DNA of 64,000 nt from Bilabrum cf. latius (Eukaryota): the NCBI GenBank assembly GCA_965178125.1, contig OZ237766.1, positions 496,001-560,000 of the forward strand, in the 5' to 3' direction. The position numbers and the translations under genes were made by a program. The first letter of the stretch is position 1. The number at the start of each line of letters is the position of its first letter. The notes under the pieces were generated by a model. That model was not told the origin of the DNA and searched no databases. It worked only from the letters and a program-made list of their open reading frames with translations. Positions 51,401 to 63,513 of this stretch are shown one piece after another.

Positions 51401-54400
51401 ACTCCGGGCCAGAGGACAGAAGCACACCTGTAGTGCTGCTGGTGGGGGCCTGCACCGGTGGATCAGAGGCGGCAATCATGGGAGGAGTCGTGCTTTCTTG
51501 GTTCGTAAAAGACTCAGGGTCAGGGCAGGAGTCGAGCCAGGATGATGATAGCGGTGGTGGTGAACCAATAGTTTCGGGCGGGCTGTCGGGAGCGGCAAGC
51601 GTGGTGGGCCGATACATTCAAAGTTTGGTCGCCTCCAGCTCCAGGGAACACATGGCCCGGGTGCAACGCGAGATGTTTACGCGTTCGATGCAGGGGCTGG
51701 CTGTGGCGGCGGCATTGGGCGGTGGTAAAGGGAATCTGCTAGAGTCCGCGGGACTCAGCCACATTCGAGGGGCCTTCCCTTGGCTGGCACAGATGATACC
51801 GGGGGGCGAGAGCCTACCTGAAGCAGCCCGCAATGGAGTCACTTTCGGGGCTACTGGTGCAGGGAGCAGAGGCCATGCGTCACCTGATCGCGAAGGGGAG
51901 GCTCCATCGTCAGCCGGGTAGGGCGATTCGCCTGCCTCCCAGTCCAGGCGGAGGGGATCCATATTCGATTCCATCGGGACGGGCGCAACACCGAGTGCAA
52001 ATGCAGGTGGAGCCTCGATCTCGCCCGGCAGCCCGGTCCACCCGTGGATTCGGCAGGCGCGCCGAGCCTCCAGCGCAATGGCGACGCTGGCTGACGCACT
52101 GTCTGCGGGAAGACAAGCACAGGCAGCCATACTGGGCACCACGTCCTCCAGTCTAGGACCAGATGCATCGCATGCCGGTGCATCCCAGGACGCCTTTGAT
52201 CCGGTGGGCACGTCTGCCTTTGCCTTCAGGCAGCAGGTGCGAGACTGTCTGGCAGTGCGTGCTGCTGCGGCCGCGGTGGCATGCGGAGCATCCATGGCCA
52301 CCATTTCAATCGTGTCTGTGGACAGGCAGGCGGTCGTCCAGTCGTTATCGCGGCACCTCGGTGCTGCTTCCGTGCCGGTGAGGCATGCACCGCGCGCGTG
52401 GTACCAGCTGGTGTGCGGGCCCGAGCCGGTTCTTCCTGCGCTGGGGGTCAAGGCATTGCTGCAGCTGGGAGGCGTTGTGTCTGTGGACTGCACTGCAGCC
52501 GCAGGTGCTGGATCGCCGAGTAATACCACATCGCAGTATACTGCAGCAAGCGGCGCAGATGCCGAGCTCTGGGAGGAAGGTAACGAGGCGGCTGCGGCGG
52601 CGCTGGATGCATGCAGTGATGATGGGGGCTTGGGAGAGGGTAGTAAGATGCGAATTGACGGCGAGGACATACCGTAGGACGCTATTGCACTCCGTCGCAC
52701 GGCAGTTGCTAGTATGCGAGACGCGCTGCGAGCTGCCAGGCTATAGGGTACTGGAGGTGTCATGGCGAGATGCACAGCGGCCGCCCTTGAAATCGATTCT
52801 AGCGTGGCTGCTGAGCTGCAGCGGTTACTGGGGGCTCCGCACGACCCCGAGGAGGAATTGCGAGCCGGGATCAGGGGCGAAGTACCCCGATTTGCGCTTG
52901 TGCTGTCGATGGTTAGCCTGCGCGCAGCTGACGGTGTTGCAAGGCCGGTGGAAGCCAATAGCCGCTCCATCCTCGGTCCGTGCCCCGCGCTGGGTCTGCG
53001 CCAGTCCGAGGTGCTTGTCCCGCTGCACTTGTAGGCAGCCGCCAGTGCTCTCAAGAGGAGCACTGCCGCGTCTTTGGCCACCCAGACGAGGCATCTGCTG
53101 TCTGCCGCGGAGGAGGCAGGCGCTGTGGCCGAGGCGACCAGCACGAGGCAGGCAGCCCTGCGGTGCTGTTCCGCACTGATCCGATCTTGCGGTGCCGAGG
53201 TGGCTGACGTATTCCTGTACGATGACGAGGACCATCGGCTGAAGAGCGCATGTGGGATGGGGCCACTGCAGGGGATGGGTCTCGGGATGGGCGGCAGCGA
53301 GTCTGGGAGCGACAGGGGCACCGACATCGATGGGGGTGATGGGGTCGATTACTTGGAGGAGGTGGGGCTGCTGCCCGAGGGAGCTCGGGTTGGGACAGGG
53401 ATGGAGTGCCTGCCCGGCGTGGGACCCATCGGCGTGTGCGTGGAGTCAGGTGAGACAGTGTACATCAGAGCACCGGCTGGGAGAAGCAGCAGCGGTGGCA
53501 GTGCATCGGGTAGTGGAGGCGGGGACCAGGGCAAAGGACGACAAGGTTCCACAACGAGAGGGCGCCGCGGCAGCATGCGCGGTGCTGGTATTGCCGGTGC
53601 CCCATCGGTGGGCGCCGGTGAGGATCTCCTGGCTGGCAGGAGCGGGATCGTGGTGCCTCTGTTCGAGCCCGTGCAGAGCGGGGAAGAGGGCGTGGTGGGC
53701 TGCCTGCTTATCCTGATGCCCCGGCCTAGGGGTTCGAATGATGGAGCCTTTGGTGGTGTGACGAGTGGAGCTGCTGCTCCTGGGGGCACTTCGAGTCCCC
53801 GGCGCGGGTCGGTCATGCATGCCGATCCTGGCACATACGTAGGCCTGGCAGCGGGCGGCGTCGGCAGTTCCAGCACTATCCCTCAGGTAGCTGTCCAGGG
53901 AGCAAGCAGTAGCAGGGCACTGCATGGAAGTGCAGTTCCCGGGCCCGGAGTGGAAAGTGCGGCCCACTTGCTTGGCAGAGTCATGGTTGCTGCTCTAGAG
54001 TCGAGCAGGATGCGGCGTGCGGCAGAAGCAGAGGCCAGGGAACAAGGGCAGGCTGACGTGCTGCGGAACCTGGGGGAGGAGGGGCTGCTGGATGATGTCG
54101 AGGGTGAGGATGAGGCAAGTGATAGCGGTTCGGGTGCATTGCATGGTGGGGATGGTGACACCGATGGGGAGGAACACGAGGCCGAGCCCAGCCCCCTGGA
54201 GATGGAAGCCAGGGGCATCGTGAAGGCACTCCGGAGGGGGAAGCGGGCACAAGAAGATCTGAAGGACTCGCAGGCCAGGGAACAACGGCTGAGGGAGGCC
54301 TTGTCTGCCCTAAAGGGGAGGTACATGCAGGTGATGCAGGCAGCGGCAAGGAACCAGGGCAGGCTGCCAGCGGGAACGTTCAGACAGGAGGACGTGGGGG

Positions 54401-57400
54401 TCCTAGAGGAGGCGGAGGCTGCGGTGCGGGTATCTCTGTAGAGCGGTATGACGAGTGCGAGGTGTCGGCATGCCTCCTCGTCGCAGAGCGAGGACGGGCT
54501 GGCAGAGCCCTCCACGCACGAGCATACCGGACCGCTGCAGGCCTGGATCGAGCAAGCACAGCCACCGCCGACCAGCCCCGTCGCAGGCAAGGGACCAGCA
54601 CGCCAAGACGTGGCATCGGTCGATGGCAGCACGGGCTTGCCCCAGAGTCCCCGCAGCAGCTCGATGTCGAGGGATCGCAGGGGCAGTGGGGGCGGCGCGT
54701 CCGTTGGTTTCGTGTCACCGCCTCCGCCACCGCCTCCCTCGCACAAGGAGAATGCCTCACCGAGAGGATCACCGGAGGTTGCAACCGGCAGGACTAAGCC
54801 GCCGAGTCCCCTCATACGGGCCGCCTCCCTTCGGTCCCTTGCTTCCGCTGGCGTGGGCCTGGGAGCTGGCGGGCTCGGCTCTGGCGGGCTTGGGACCAGT
54901 GACTCGCCTGGGGAGCGTCCCGGCCGCGTGGACTCGGTAGACTCACAGGGTACGACACACTCGTCACACGTAGCACCACCGCCGGGTCCATCCCCAGCCC
55001 GCCGTATCAGCCCCAAGCATCTGACCCGGCTGCAAGTTGAAGCCGATGCAAGCGCTGCAGATCAAGCACACGCCGCGCCAAACGCTGCCCCAGCCACTGC
55101 GCTGGGCAGGCAGCCTCCGATAACCTTCCCAAAGAGTCCGTCGGGTCTGGCCACCCCACGATCCGTCCGATTCGGCCCGCGCGTGGACAGTCCCAGCTCA
55201 GGTGAAGACGAAGCCGGCGATGGTGGGGCCTTTTTCGGCGACACAGACACGCCTCGATCGCAGCGGGGCCGCAGCAGCAGCGCCGGGTCGTCCGTTGGAA
55301 GCCCTCCCGGTGCCGGCATGCTTGCCAGCAGTGGTGGTAGGGGGCGATCCTTCAGCTTCAGCAGCCAGAGCCGGCTGGACATTGCTTCCGGCAAGCATGG
55401 AAGCAGCAGCCCCGGGTTCGGCCCTGGTAGCAGCGCAAGACCACACGTGAATTCCGCCGCATCCAGTGTTTTATCCCGGAGTCGAGCGAGAGATTCTGAG
55501 CGGGCTGGGGCTAGCAGTCCGGAGCGGCAGTCGGCAGAGTCTCGGCTGCGGACTGCTCGGGCTCAGCTGATCGCGCATGGGTGCGCGGGTGCACTCACAA
55601 CGGAGGACGGACTGCGCGTCGCTGCCCAGCGGCTGAGGGGGGACCTGGGGTATGCGGGTGCAGCGGTGTGGGGCGTGGATCCAGCGCGGGGTGCCTCTGG
55701 AGGGGAGAGACAGCTTAGAGTTCTTGCGCTGGATGGCGTTGGTGGAGGTGGTGGTGGGCGAGACACAGGCAGAGACAGGGGTGGGCTATCGCGCCGGGTG
55801 AGTGGGCTAGGCGGCTTGCTGGGCGCTTGCATTCGTCGCAGGCACACAATTGTGGCGACAGAAGCCGAATCGGACTAGAGGTACGATCCAGCGGTGGATT
55901 GTCTGCCAGGCATGCGGCTCGATTCTGCTGTCCTTGTTCCGCTGGTGTCGGCATCTAGCCGTAGCACTCCTGATGCATCGCACGGTGGTGCAGGCTCTAC
56001 CCTAAGCGCCGCGGGGTCACCTAAGAGGCGAGGCGGTGTGTCTTCAGCCAAGAGCCAGGGCAGCAGGTACCTGACGGCCGGTGACGTTGTGGGGGTGCTG
56101 GCGCTGTACAACAAGCAGTCGGCGGGCGATGCAGGTAATGTTGGCAGGCCTAGCGAAGAGGATGCTCTGGTCTGCGAGACGGTGGCGCTGTCCATGGCAC
56201 TGGCGGTGGGTGCACAGGTCACTCGTCAAAAGTTGCTCCGGAGGATCGAGCGGGGTGCCCAGCAGCTGCAGGCAAGCGAGTCTGCTGCCTCCAGCCAACT
56301 GGCCGCTGCCAGACGAAGGGCAAAGCTGGTGTCCCTGGCGGCCCTGGCCCTGGCTGGGGCACACGACGATGAGGGGCTTCTGGACGCGATTCGGCAGGGG
56401 AGTAGCGTGCTGTTTTCGTCCACGTTCGGGAGCAGCTAGACAATCTAGAGCCAGGCCGTGGCTGGACTAGATTCAACGAGCGGTGCGGCTTAGCTCCGCA
56501 CGAAATGCGTCCTGCTTCGTCTTTCATCATCGGGCAAGCACCTAGAGCCCGTGGGGCTGGGCCAGAGGGCTCAGCCGTTCTCCCAGGATCGAGTCCCAGT
56601 GGCGGGTTCTTTTTGCGGCCGTGCGCTGCAGCTCGGGAAACCGCAATGCACAAATGGTTCTGCACTGGATCTCGGGCCCGCGGGGGTCGAGGGCGGGTCG
56701 GCTGCCGCCGCCCCGCGGCCGCTGCTAGGCAGCGAGGAAGAGCGCCAATCGGTTGCAACCGGTTCCCGGAACGGAGCTGTGCACGACGCCGAACGACGGC
56801 TGGCGGGGCGATGGCGCAAGGGGGAGGGGCTTCGGGGCAGCGCAGGTGCAGTGCCGCAGGAGCGAAGGACTCGTGCAATGCTGGCGCTGCCGGTGGAAGG
56901 CGACTCTAGCGGGACACCCGCTGGGGTACTACTCGTGATCAGGGACGGTGTGACGAGTGCGTCCGCTGCTCGGCCGGTGCGGTCTCGATCCTCATCCACA
57001 CCTCGGCGGCCCACGAGGTCCATTCTACCTCTGCAGCAGCAGCAGCAGCAGCAGCAGTTCTCGCCGTCTCCACTGTCTCGATCTTAGAGCGTAGGCAGGG
57101 GCGGGCAGCTCAAGCGATCTATGAGCGGTCGATCTCTTCTTGCCGGAAGCGGCTCTCTGCGACTACGCGACAGCGATGTGATGAGTGTGGGCAGCCGACA
57201 GCCCACCACGCCTCGCGGGAGGTCTCCGGGTCTGCTCCCGCGCTCCAAGAGCGTGCGGGTGGTGGATGCAGCTGCCCTAAGTGCGGGCATGCTGCCGAGG
57301 GCGAAGAGCAGCAGGGGGCTGCTACAGCGGGATGGTACTTCTTTGCCTGAAAGAGTGGAATCCAGTGGTAAAAGTAGTAGTAGTGCAGCCATGGAAGCTG

Positions 57401-60400
57401 CCTCCTCACCGGTGGCACATCGTGGAGCTGGCCCATCGGGCGGCAGCGATGCAGAGGACGTGTTCGAGCCAGGCACGTCGGGTGTGGGTGGGATCGTGTC
57501 GAGCCACGAGGAGAGGCAGGTAGAGGCTGCGGATGATGAGCGTGTGACGAGTGATGGCACGGAGTGGCAGGCTGAGGCTGGCCTCGTGCCTTCCCTGGCG
57601 CCCGATTTCGGGCCAGAGGAAATCGTGCTTGGGCGGCATTTTGCGCAGCACGTCGCTGCTGCCATCCGCCGTGCTGCGCATGGTGGGGAGCAGCAGGCCG
57701 CTCTGCAGGCAGCGGTTGCTGCTTTGACCACCTCGCAGCAGAGCAGGTAGCGAGCGGAGGCTGAGGCAGAGCTGGCCGTGGGCCGGGCGCTTCGGGAAAA
57801 AGCGGGTGCTGTGGAAGCCTTGGAGGCGTTCCGAGGGATGCTCGGGGATGTGACGAGTGCATCGGGCGCTGGATAGGGGGATAGGAGCGAGGTGAACGAT
57901 GATGAGCAGGTCGAGCCGGGCGTCGTGGCCGCGGCTGGTATCGCTGCCGTGCTGGGCGTGGACAGCTCGGAGCAGCTTGCGTGGCTGGACACGCCCATGG
58001 CTGGCTCTGGAGAGGAGGAGCATTCTAGGAGCATCGTACTGCAGCGTGAGGCCACCAAAGCTCTGCGAAATGCCTTTGCTGGTTTAGCGATAGCTTGTCG
58101 CGTGATGTCGACGGACTGTCACCTGTTCCTATCGGAAGAATGGGGGGAGGGCAGTGAGTTGATGAGCGCGATCGGCGTGCCACTGGCCAGCGGTAGCGGT
58201 ATAGCATCCAGGGCACGAAGGGAAGAGATGCCGCAGTTTGTGCTGGAGGCAATGACGCTTGGAAGCGTGACTGTGCTGGAGGGAGAAGGGGAAGGAGCCA
58301 TGGCACAGTCGTTCGACGTGGGGGTCCCTATGCTCCCAGTGCATGGTGACACGCATCGAGGGAGTGGGGAGGGTCGCGGTGCCAGGGCGAGAGCATGTCT
58401 GCTCCTCAGGGGGCTGGACGCCGAGGCAGTTGCAACCACAGGGTACCTTCAATCTTTGGGTCGCTTGTGCGAGCTTGAACTCGGGAGGCAGCTGGCTCGG
58501 CTTCAGTTGGCACTCACTGGGCGAGCCGCGCGCGAGATCCTGGAGAGGGCGGAGTAGCTACAGGAGCAGGTGCAGAGGCGGGGACACCTGCTCGCGGTGG
58601 AGGAGGCGGTGCTCCGGAGGGCCACTGTGCGGGGTCTGGCGCAGGAGGTGGCCAAAGTGGGGCCTGGTGTGTGCGGCGGGGATGCAGCTGGCCTGCTGAT
58701 GGCTGGCAGGTCCGGCGGCCTTGAGCTGTATGGGGAGGACGGAGGCATGCGGGACACGCTGAGGGAGGGCATCGCATTGCAGTGCTACCAACGAGCGGTG
58801 GTAGCGATACGCGACGTATCAGCATATGACCAACAGGAGAATGAGGGCACGCAACAGGACCGGGCGGTGCAGCAGCTGCGTAAAGGTGACGTGCTGAGTG
58901 CGACCGTGAGTCTGTCGGAGTGTGTGCTGGATGCCACGCAAGACCCTCGACTGCACCCCGCGGAGAGGCTGGTCCTGCCGCTTGGAGGGCTGCTGGCTAT
59001 CCCGTTGCTGGTGATGCCGTGTCCGGGGGAAGACGCAGTGATGCTCGGGGCAGAAGACGGGGAGGGCTTCGATGCAAGCGGGAGAGGGGGGGCGAGCACA
59101 GCGGGTGCGGGTAGGGCATCGCGATCCATGCAATGCGTGGGTGTGCTGCTGGTTGCAAGCGGGGCCTCCAGGGTGCATCCCATTGCAGCGGTGCAGGAGA
59201 CCGCGGCACCGTTGGCAGCTGTGGTAGCCCGGGCGGCAGCTGACTGCGCCTGGAGGGACGCCACCACTTCCACTGTGACGAGTGTGCTGGACCAGCTGGA
59301 CGATAGCCGTGCCAGGGAATAGCGCGCGTAGCAGGCCCATTCACAGGTTGCAACCGCGGTGAAAGAGCTGCTGAACGATTCGGCCGAAGCGGAGCGGTTC
59401 GCCGCAGCCTCAGTGGGGGCTCTTCTGTTGGGGTAGGATGTGGAGTACGGAGACGGTGATGGTGTGACGAGTGATGATGAGACAGGTGTACATGGATATG
59501 GCATGGGTCGAAGTGGTGACGGTCAGTCGACAGGCGGCGCCCATGAGAGCAAAGAGGACGGTGAAGGGGCTGTCGACAGAGGGGTAGAAGGCGCGAGTGA
59601 TGGTGCTCGCAGCAGGGAGCAGGAAAGGTTCGTGAAGGTTCTACAGGCAGTCATGGACAGGGTGGTGCCTCAATAGTAGGGTGGGACTGCAGGTGAGTCC
59701 GTGCATGGGACCCATGTTGCTGCCGTTAGGCTGTGGGTGAGAGAGGAAGTGGAAGAGGAAGAAGAAAGGCATCACGAGCAAGGGAGTATTGAATCTGGAG
59801 CAGTACCGACTCGGAATCAGAATTAGCACTGGGTGCCGGTTGTGGGCGCTGCTGGGCCAGGTGTGCTGGATCGTGTAATGGAGGCCGGGTCGGCCGTGCG
59901 ACTGACGCATCTCCGAGGGCTCGTTGGCTCCTGCGGGTCACTGCGGAGAATCGTGGCCGCGCCATCCATGGCCTCTGATCCACGGGTGGAGTAGGAGGAA
60001 ATTGGCCTGGCGACCGTGGATGCCGCAATGGGTGAGGCAACCACCGCAGCGCATGCTCCGGCTCCCGTGGCGGATGCACCTTGCCTGTGCCTGCCGGTCT
60101 TCGAGTCGCCCTCGTCACACCCCTTCACCGCGCTGGGGAACAGTCAGACCCAAGCACACTCGTCACGGGTGCTGGCGGTCCTGCAGGTGGTCCTGTATTC
60201 CGGCTCCGAGTCCTCCGCAGACCCCACCGGGTCCCTCTCACAGAGGGCCCAGGTTCTCGCAGCGTGCCTGTCCACCAGGCTCGCAGGCAGGAGGGCGGGG
60301 ATCGAGGCACGGGCCCGGCACGCATCCCTCCGTAGAGCCGCTGCGGAACTGCGCGGCGCCGCGGGGGCTGCGGAGAGCGCTGCTCACGCTGCTTTAGAGA

Positions 60401-62406
60401 GAGACGAAGCGCTTCGGTCGGCTGCTGCCTGGAGGCGGGAGAGCAAGATCACCAAGGGGGTGCTGACGGTGGCCCGGCGGTGCCTCAGGGCACAGGTGGC
60501 CTCCACCGAGGCGGTGCTGCAGCTGTGCCAGCAGCCCGTTGTGCCCCGGGGTGTGACGAGTGCGATGGCATCGGCCCGTGCGCGGGAGGAGGAGGCCGGG
60601 ATTGCAAGGCTGCTGTGTGCGGCGGGGCGGGCGGTGGGTGCTTCCGAGGTATGGCTGCTGGCTCCTCAGGAGGGCGGTGGTCACGGTGGAGCGGTTGATG
60701 GTGTGGGTGGGGGTTTGGTGGAAAGTGGGGTCGAGGGTGGATGGAGGGACGGAACCGTAGGAACTATGGCAAGCGCGGTTGCGGGCGGGGGTGAGTTCCC
60801 GGCCGATGGGGGTGCAGGGACGGACGTCGACAGGCAGCTGGAGGCCTCATTCGCGCTGGCTCGATCCACAGCTGGAACTGACACCCAGAGAACAATGAGC
60901 TCGGGTCTTGATGCCTCGGGCAGCAGCACTGGCGGTGGTACCGGCAGTGGAAACAAAGACGGGAGGAAGGGCGCGAGGGCGGCAGAATTCGCGGTTGTTT
61001 CGGCAGTGCGCCGCACGTCCACCACACTGCCGTCCTCCTCGTCAGCATCATCGTCAGGGTCCAAGACGGCCCACGGCCACCCTACTGGTGGATTCGAGGC
61101 GGGCTGGAAGCGGGCCTCTCTGGGGGACAAGGGGAGGGGCGGTCGTTTGCCCCGCGCCCGCGACGCCCTCCGATCCCACGTACTGGTCGTGCTGGAGCAG
61201 GCCACGAGGATGAGGAAGGTGCTGAGCGTGGCCCCACTCGCGGGTGCGGGTGGGACAGGGGCGGAGGGGAGGGGATCTGGCCGTGGCTCTGGCCGTGGTG
61301 GGTTCCAGCGTGGCATCATGTGCTGCCCGGGTGGGTACTAGGTGGACGAAGAGGGCGGCTACCGAAGGTTCGCTATGCTGTTCGTGGGCGAGGGAACAAG
61401 GGCGTTCGGCGCGGAGGAGGAGGAGGCAGGGGCCGCGATCGCGAGGGCGGGAGGGGCCGTGCTGGCGGCGGCGCGGCTGAGCACTCGTCACACGGACCTC
61501 CGAGCCGCCGTTCTGTCGTCCTCGACGGCCGCTCGCGGGGCATTGCGGGACACGGCCGGTGAGCTGCAGGGCACTGCAGCGTCACTGGCACAGGTCAGGC
61601 AGCAGCTGATCGAGGTGGAGGCGCAGCGCGACCGGCGCGGTAAAAGGTGCAGCGCACTGCAGGGCCAGGTGGACAAGCTGCAGCGGAAGCTGAAGCGGAA
61701 GGAGGCTGATTTGGCTGCTGCGAAGGAGGAGGCGACGGAGGGCGCCGCGGCTGCGGCTAGGGCCAAGAGCGAGCGGGCACAGCTGGAGAGCAGAATGGCC
61801 GTGCTGCGGCGAGCGGCTCTCGTGCGAGGGGTGGATGGTGATAGAGTAGATGGAGATGGAGATGATGATGATGATGATGATGATAACTTGGCTGGGCTTG
61901 AGGGTGTGGGCAAGGGTGCCGGCGCTGTTGCCGGCGGGGGGGCGGGTGTGCGCGGCGCCGGTGGGTCGTCTGGTTCCGCATTGCTGCAGGAGTCCGCGTG
62001 GGCGCAGCGCGCATACGAAGCTGAAGCCAAGGTAGCCGCAGCCGAGGCAGCAGTGTAGGCGGCTGGAACGAAGATGCACCGCATTCGGAAGGAGAGGGGG
62101 GAGGTGGAAGAGGAGCTGGCTAGGGCGCGAGCACGTGCAGACGCTGCGGGGGCCGAGGCGGAAGGCCTGAAGCGGGCCGTGGCAGCGCTGGAGGCGGAGG
62201 TTCTGGACCATAGGCAGGTGCTAGAAGACACGCAGCGGACCCTCAGATCGTCCCAGCTGGCGGCGCAGCAGGGGGCGGGGGCCGCAAAGGAGCAAGCAGC
62301 GGAGGCGGCGCGGCAGCGACGCACGGCCGAGGAGCTGCGGGAGGCATACGCCCGCCTGCAAATGACCCACCAGTCTCTGATCGGGAGCAAGTTGGCGGGG
62401 GACTGA
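48466..62406 (+). CDS. Giant apparently intronless protein (~4,640 aa) with several degenerate GAF-like domains, Gly/Ser/Ala-rich inserts and C-terminal coiled coil
   Basis: Seventeen plus-strand ORFs (48424 to 62074) share one frame. About 27 in-frame TAG and no TAA/TGA occur until TGA 62404-62406. Start is ATG 48466 or 48499. GAF-like motifs: CGAEVADVFLYDDEDHRL...GPIGVCVESGETVYI; GLLGACIRRRHTIVATEAESD*RYDPAVD...AVLVPL...VVGVLALYNK...SEED; VLDATQDPRL...LLAIPL...CVGVL. Confidence 0.85.
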
Positions 62407-62827
62407 TGGTGCCTGCTTTGAGTTTGCTTGCTGGCTTGATTGCGGATTGCCTGACCGATCATCATGATGACTGATTTACGTTTAGTGGAGCTGAACGTGC
62501 GGTCCTGCTGTTGGGCCACGGGTGTGCACCCCTGATGACGATACTGTGCAGATGCTTTCTTTCAAATGGTAACCAAACAGCCGCCCTAGCGCTCAAGTTG
62601 TTCTGTGTCACTGTTTGGCCATTTCTGCGACGGATCCATCCGGACTCGAAACCTGGGCCTACTAGGCCCTAAAATGCACTGCGAAGCTGCCTGTGCGTGC
62701 TGCACTGAGATTTGAATCTGTCATATAGTATTAGTTCTTGCATATTCGCGAACGACTCTTTGCCAGCGATTTGAGTCAACGAGACTAGACTTAGAGACGG
62801 ATCGTTTTTTTGAAATTCACTGTGATC

Positions 62828-63334
62828 ATGTCACATGCTGAAGCTTTTGCTGCCATGGCGTATGCAGAGTAGTGCCAGCTCAGCGATGTAGCTGGCATTA
62901 CGCTGGATTCGAAGCATAGACCGGTCCGTGTAGTTGGATTACAACAAGGCGCGTCCGTGAATGGTGCAGCGGACGCAATGAGGTCATTTGAGGGGCAATA
63001 CATATCGGACGCATTAGTATTGCATCATGCTAGTATTCATCACGAAGATGATGATAAGCATGCTGCTAAATCCCTGGGTAACTCAGCTGGAATGCTGTCC
63101 GTAGCAAGCGATTAGTCCGGTCCCCCGGGATCTGGTGCATCCTCGCTATACTCTGCCAGCGCCTCGGAGGTATCGTCTGCCAGCAAGACGGGGGCGCTGC
63201 CTGTGGCAGCCATCACTTTGGATGATTTTACTTCCTCATGTGCGTCTTTCATAGGCGGTGGTGGTAGCCTGCAGTCCAGTGTTGCGATAGGTCGGTAGGA
63301 TATTGATGGTTTGGATGCTAAGACGCGACAGTAA
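62828..63334 (+). CDS. Possible hypothetical protein visible only with TAG as sense (168 codons; 3' end may be spliced)
   Basis: ATG 62828 stays open through three TAGs to TAA 63332-63334, which overlaps a gtaagt donor-like site. No domain is recognisable. Confidence 0.35.
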
Positions 63335-63513
63335 GTATCCAACTATTGTAAGAGAGGCTTTGCGGTCAGGTATCGTATCGGATTTCTTTATTATTCAGAA
63401 ACTTGTAAGCTTAATTCGGTCGCCTTCAATTAAGAGTAGCGACCAGGATCTTGCTTCAAGATTATGCGTGTTGTTTGATAAATTGTTCCAAAAGTTTTGA
63501 TCAAATTACCAAG

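Noticed and set aside
49845-62519. Long minus-strand ORFs such as 51618-53327, 53883-55016 and 61488-62519
   Set aside because: They are antisense shadows of the GC-rich giant plus-strand gene, with no domains.
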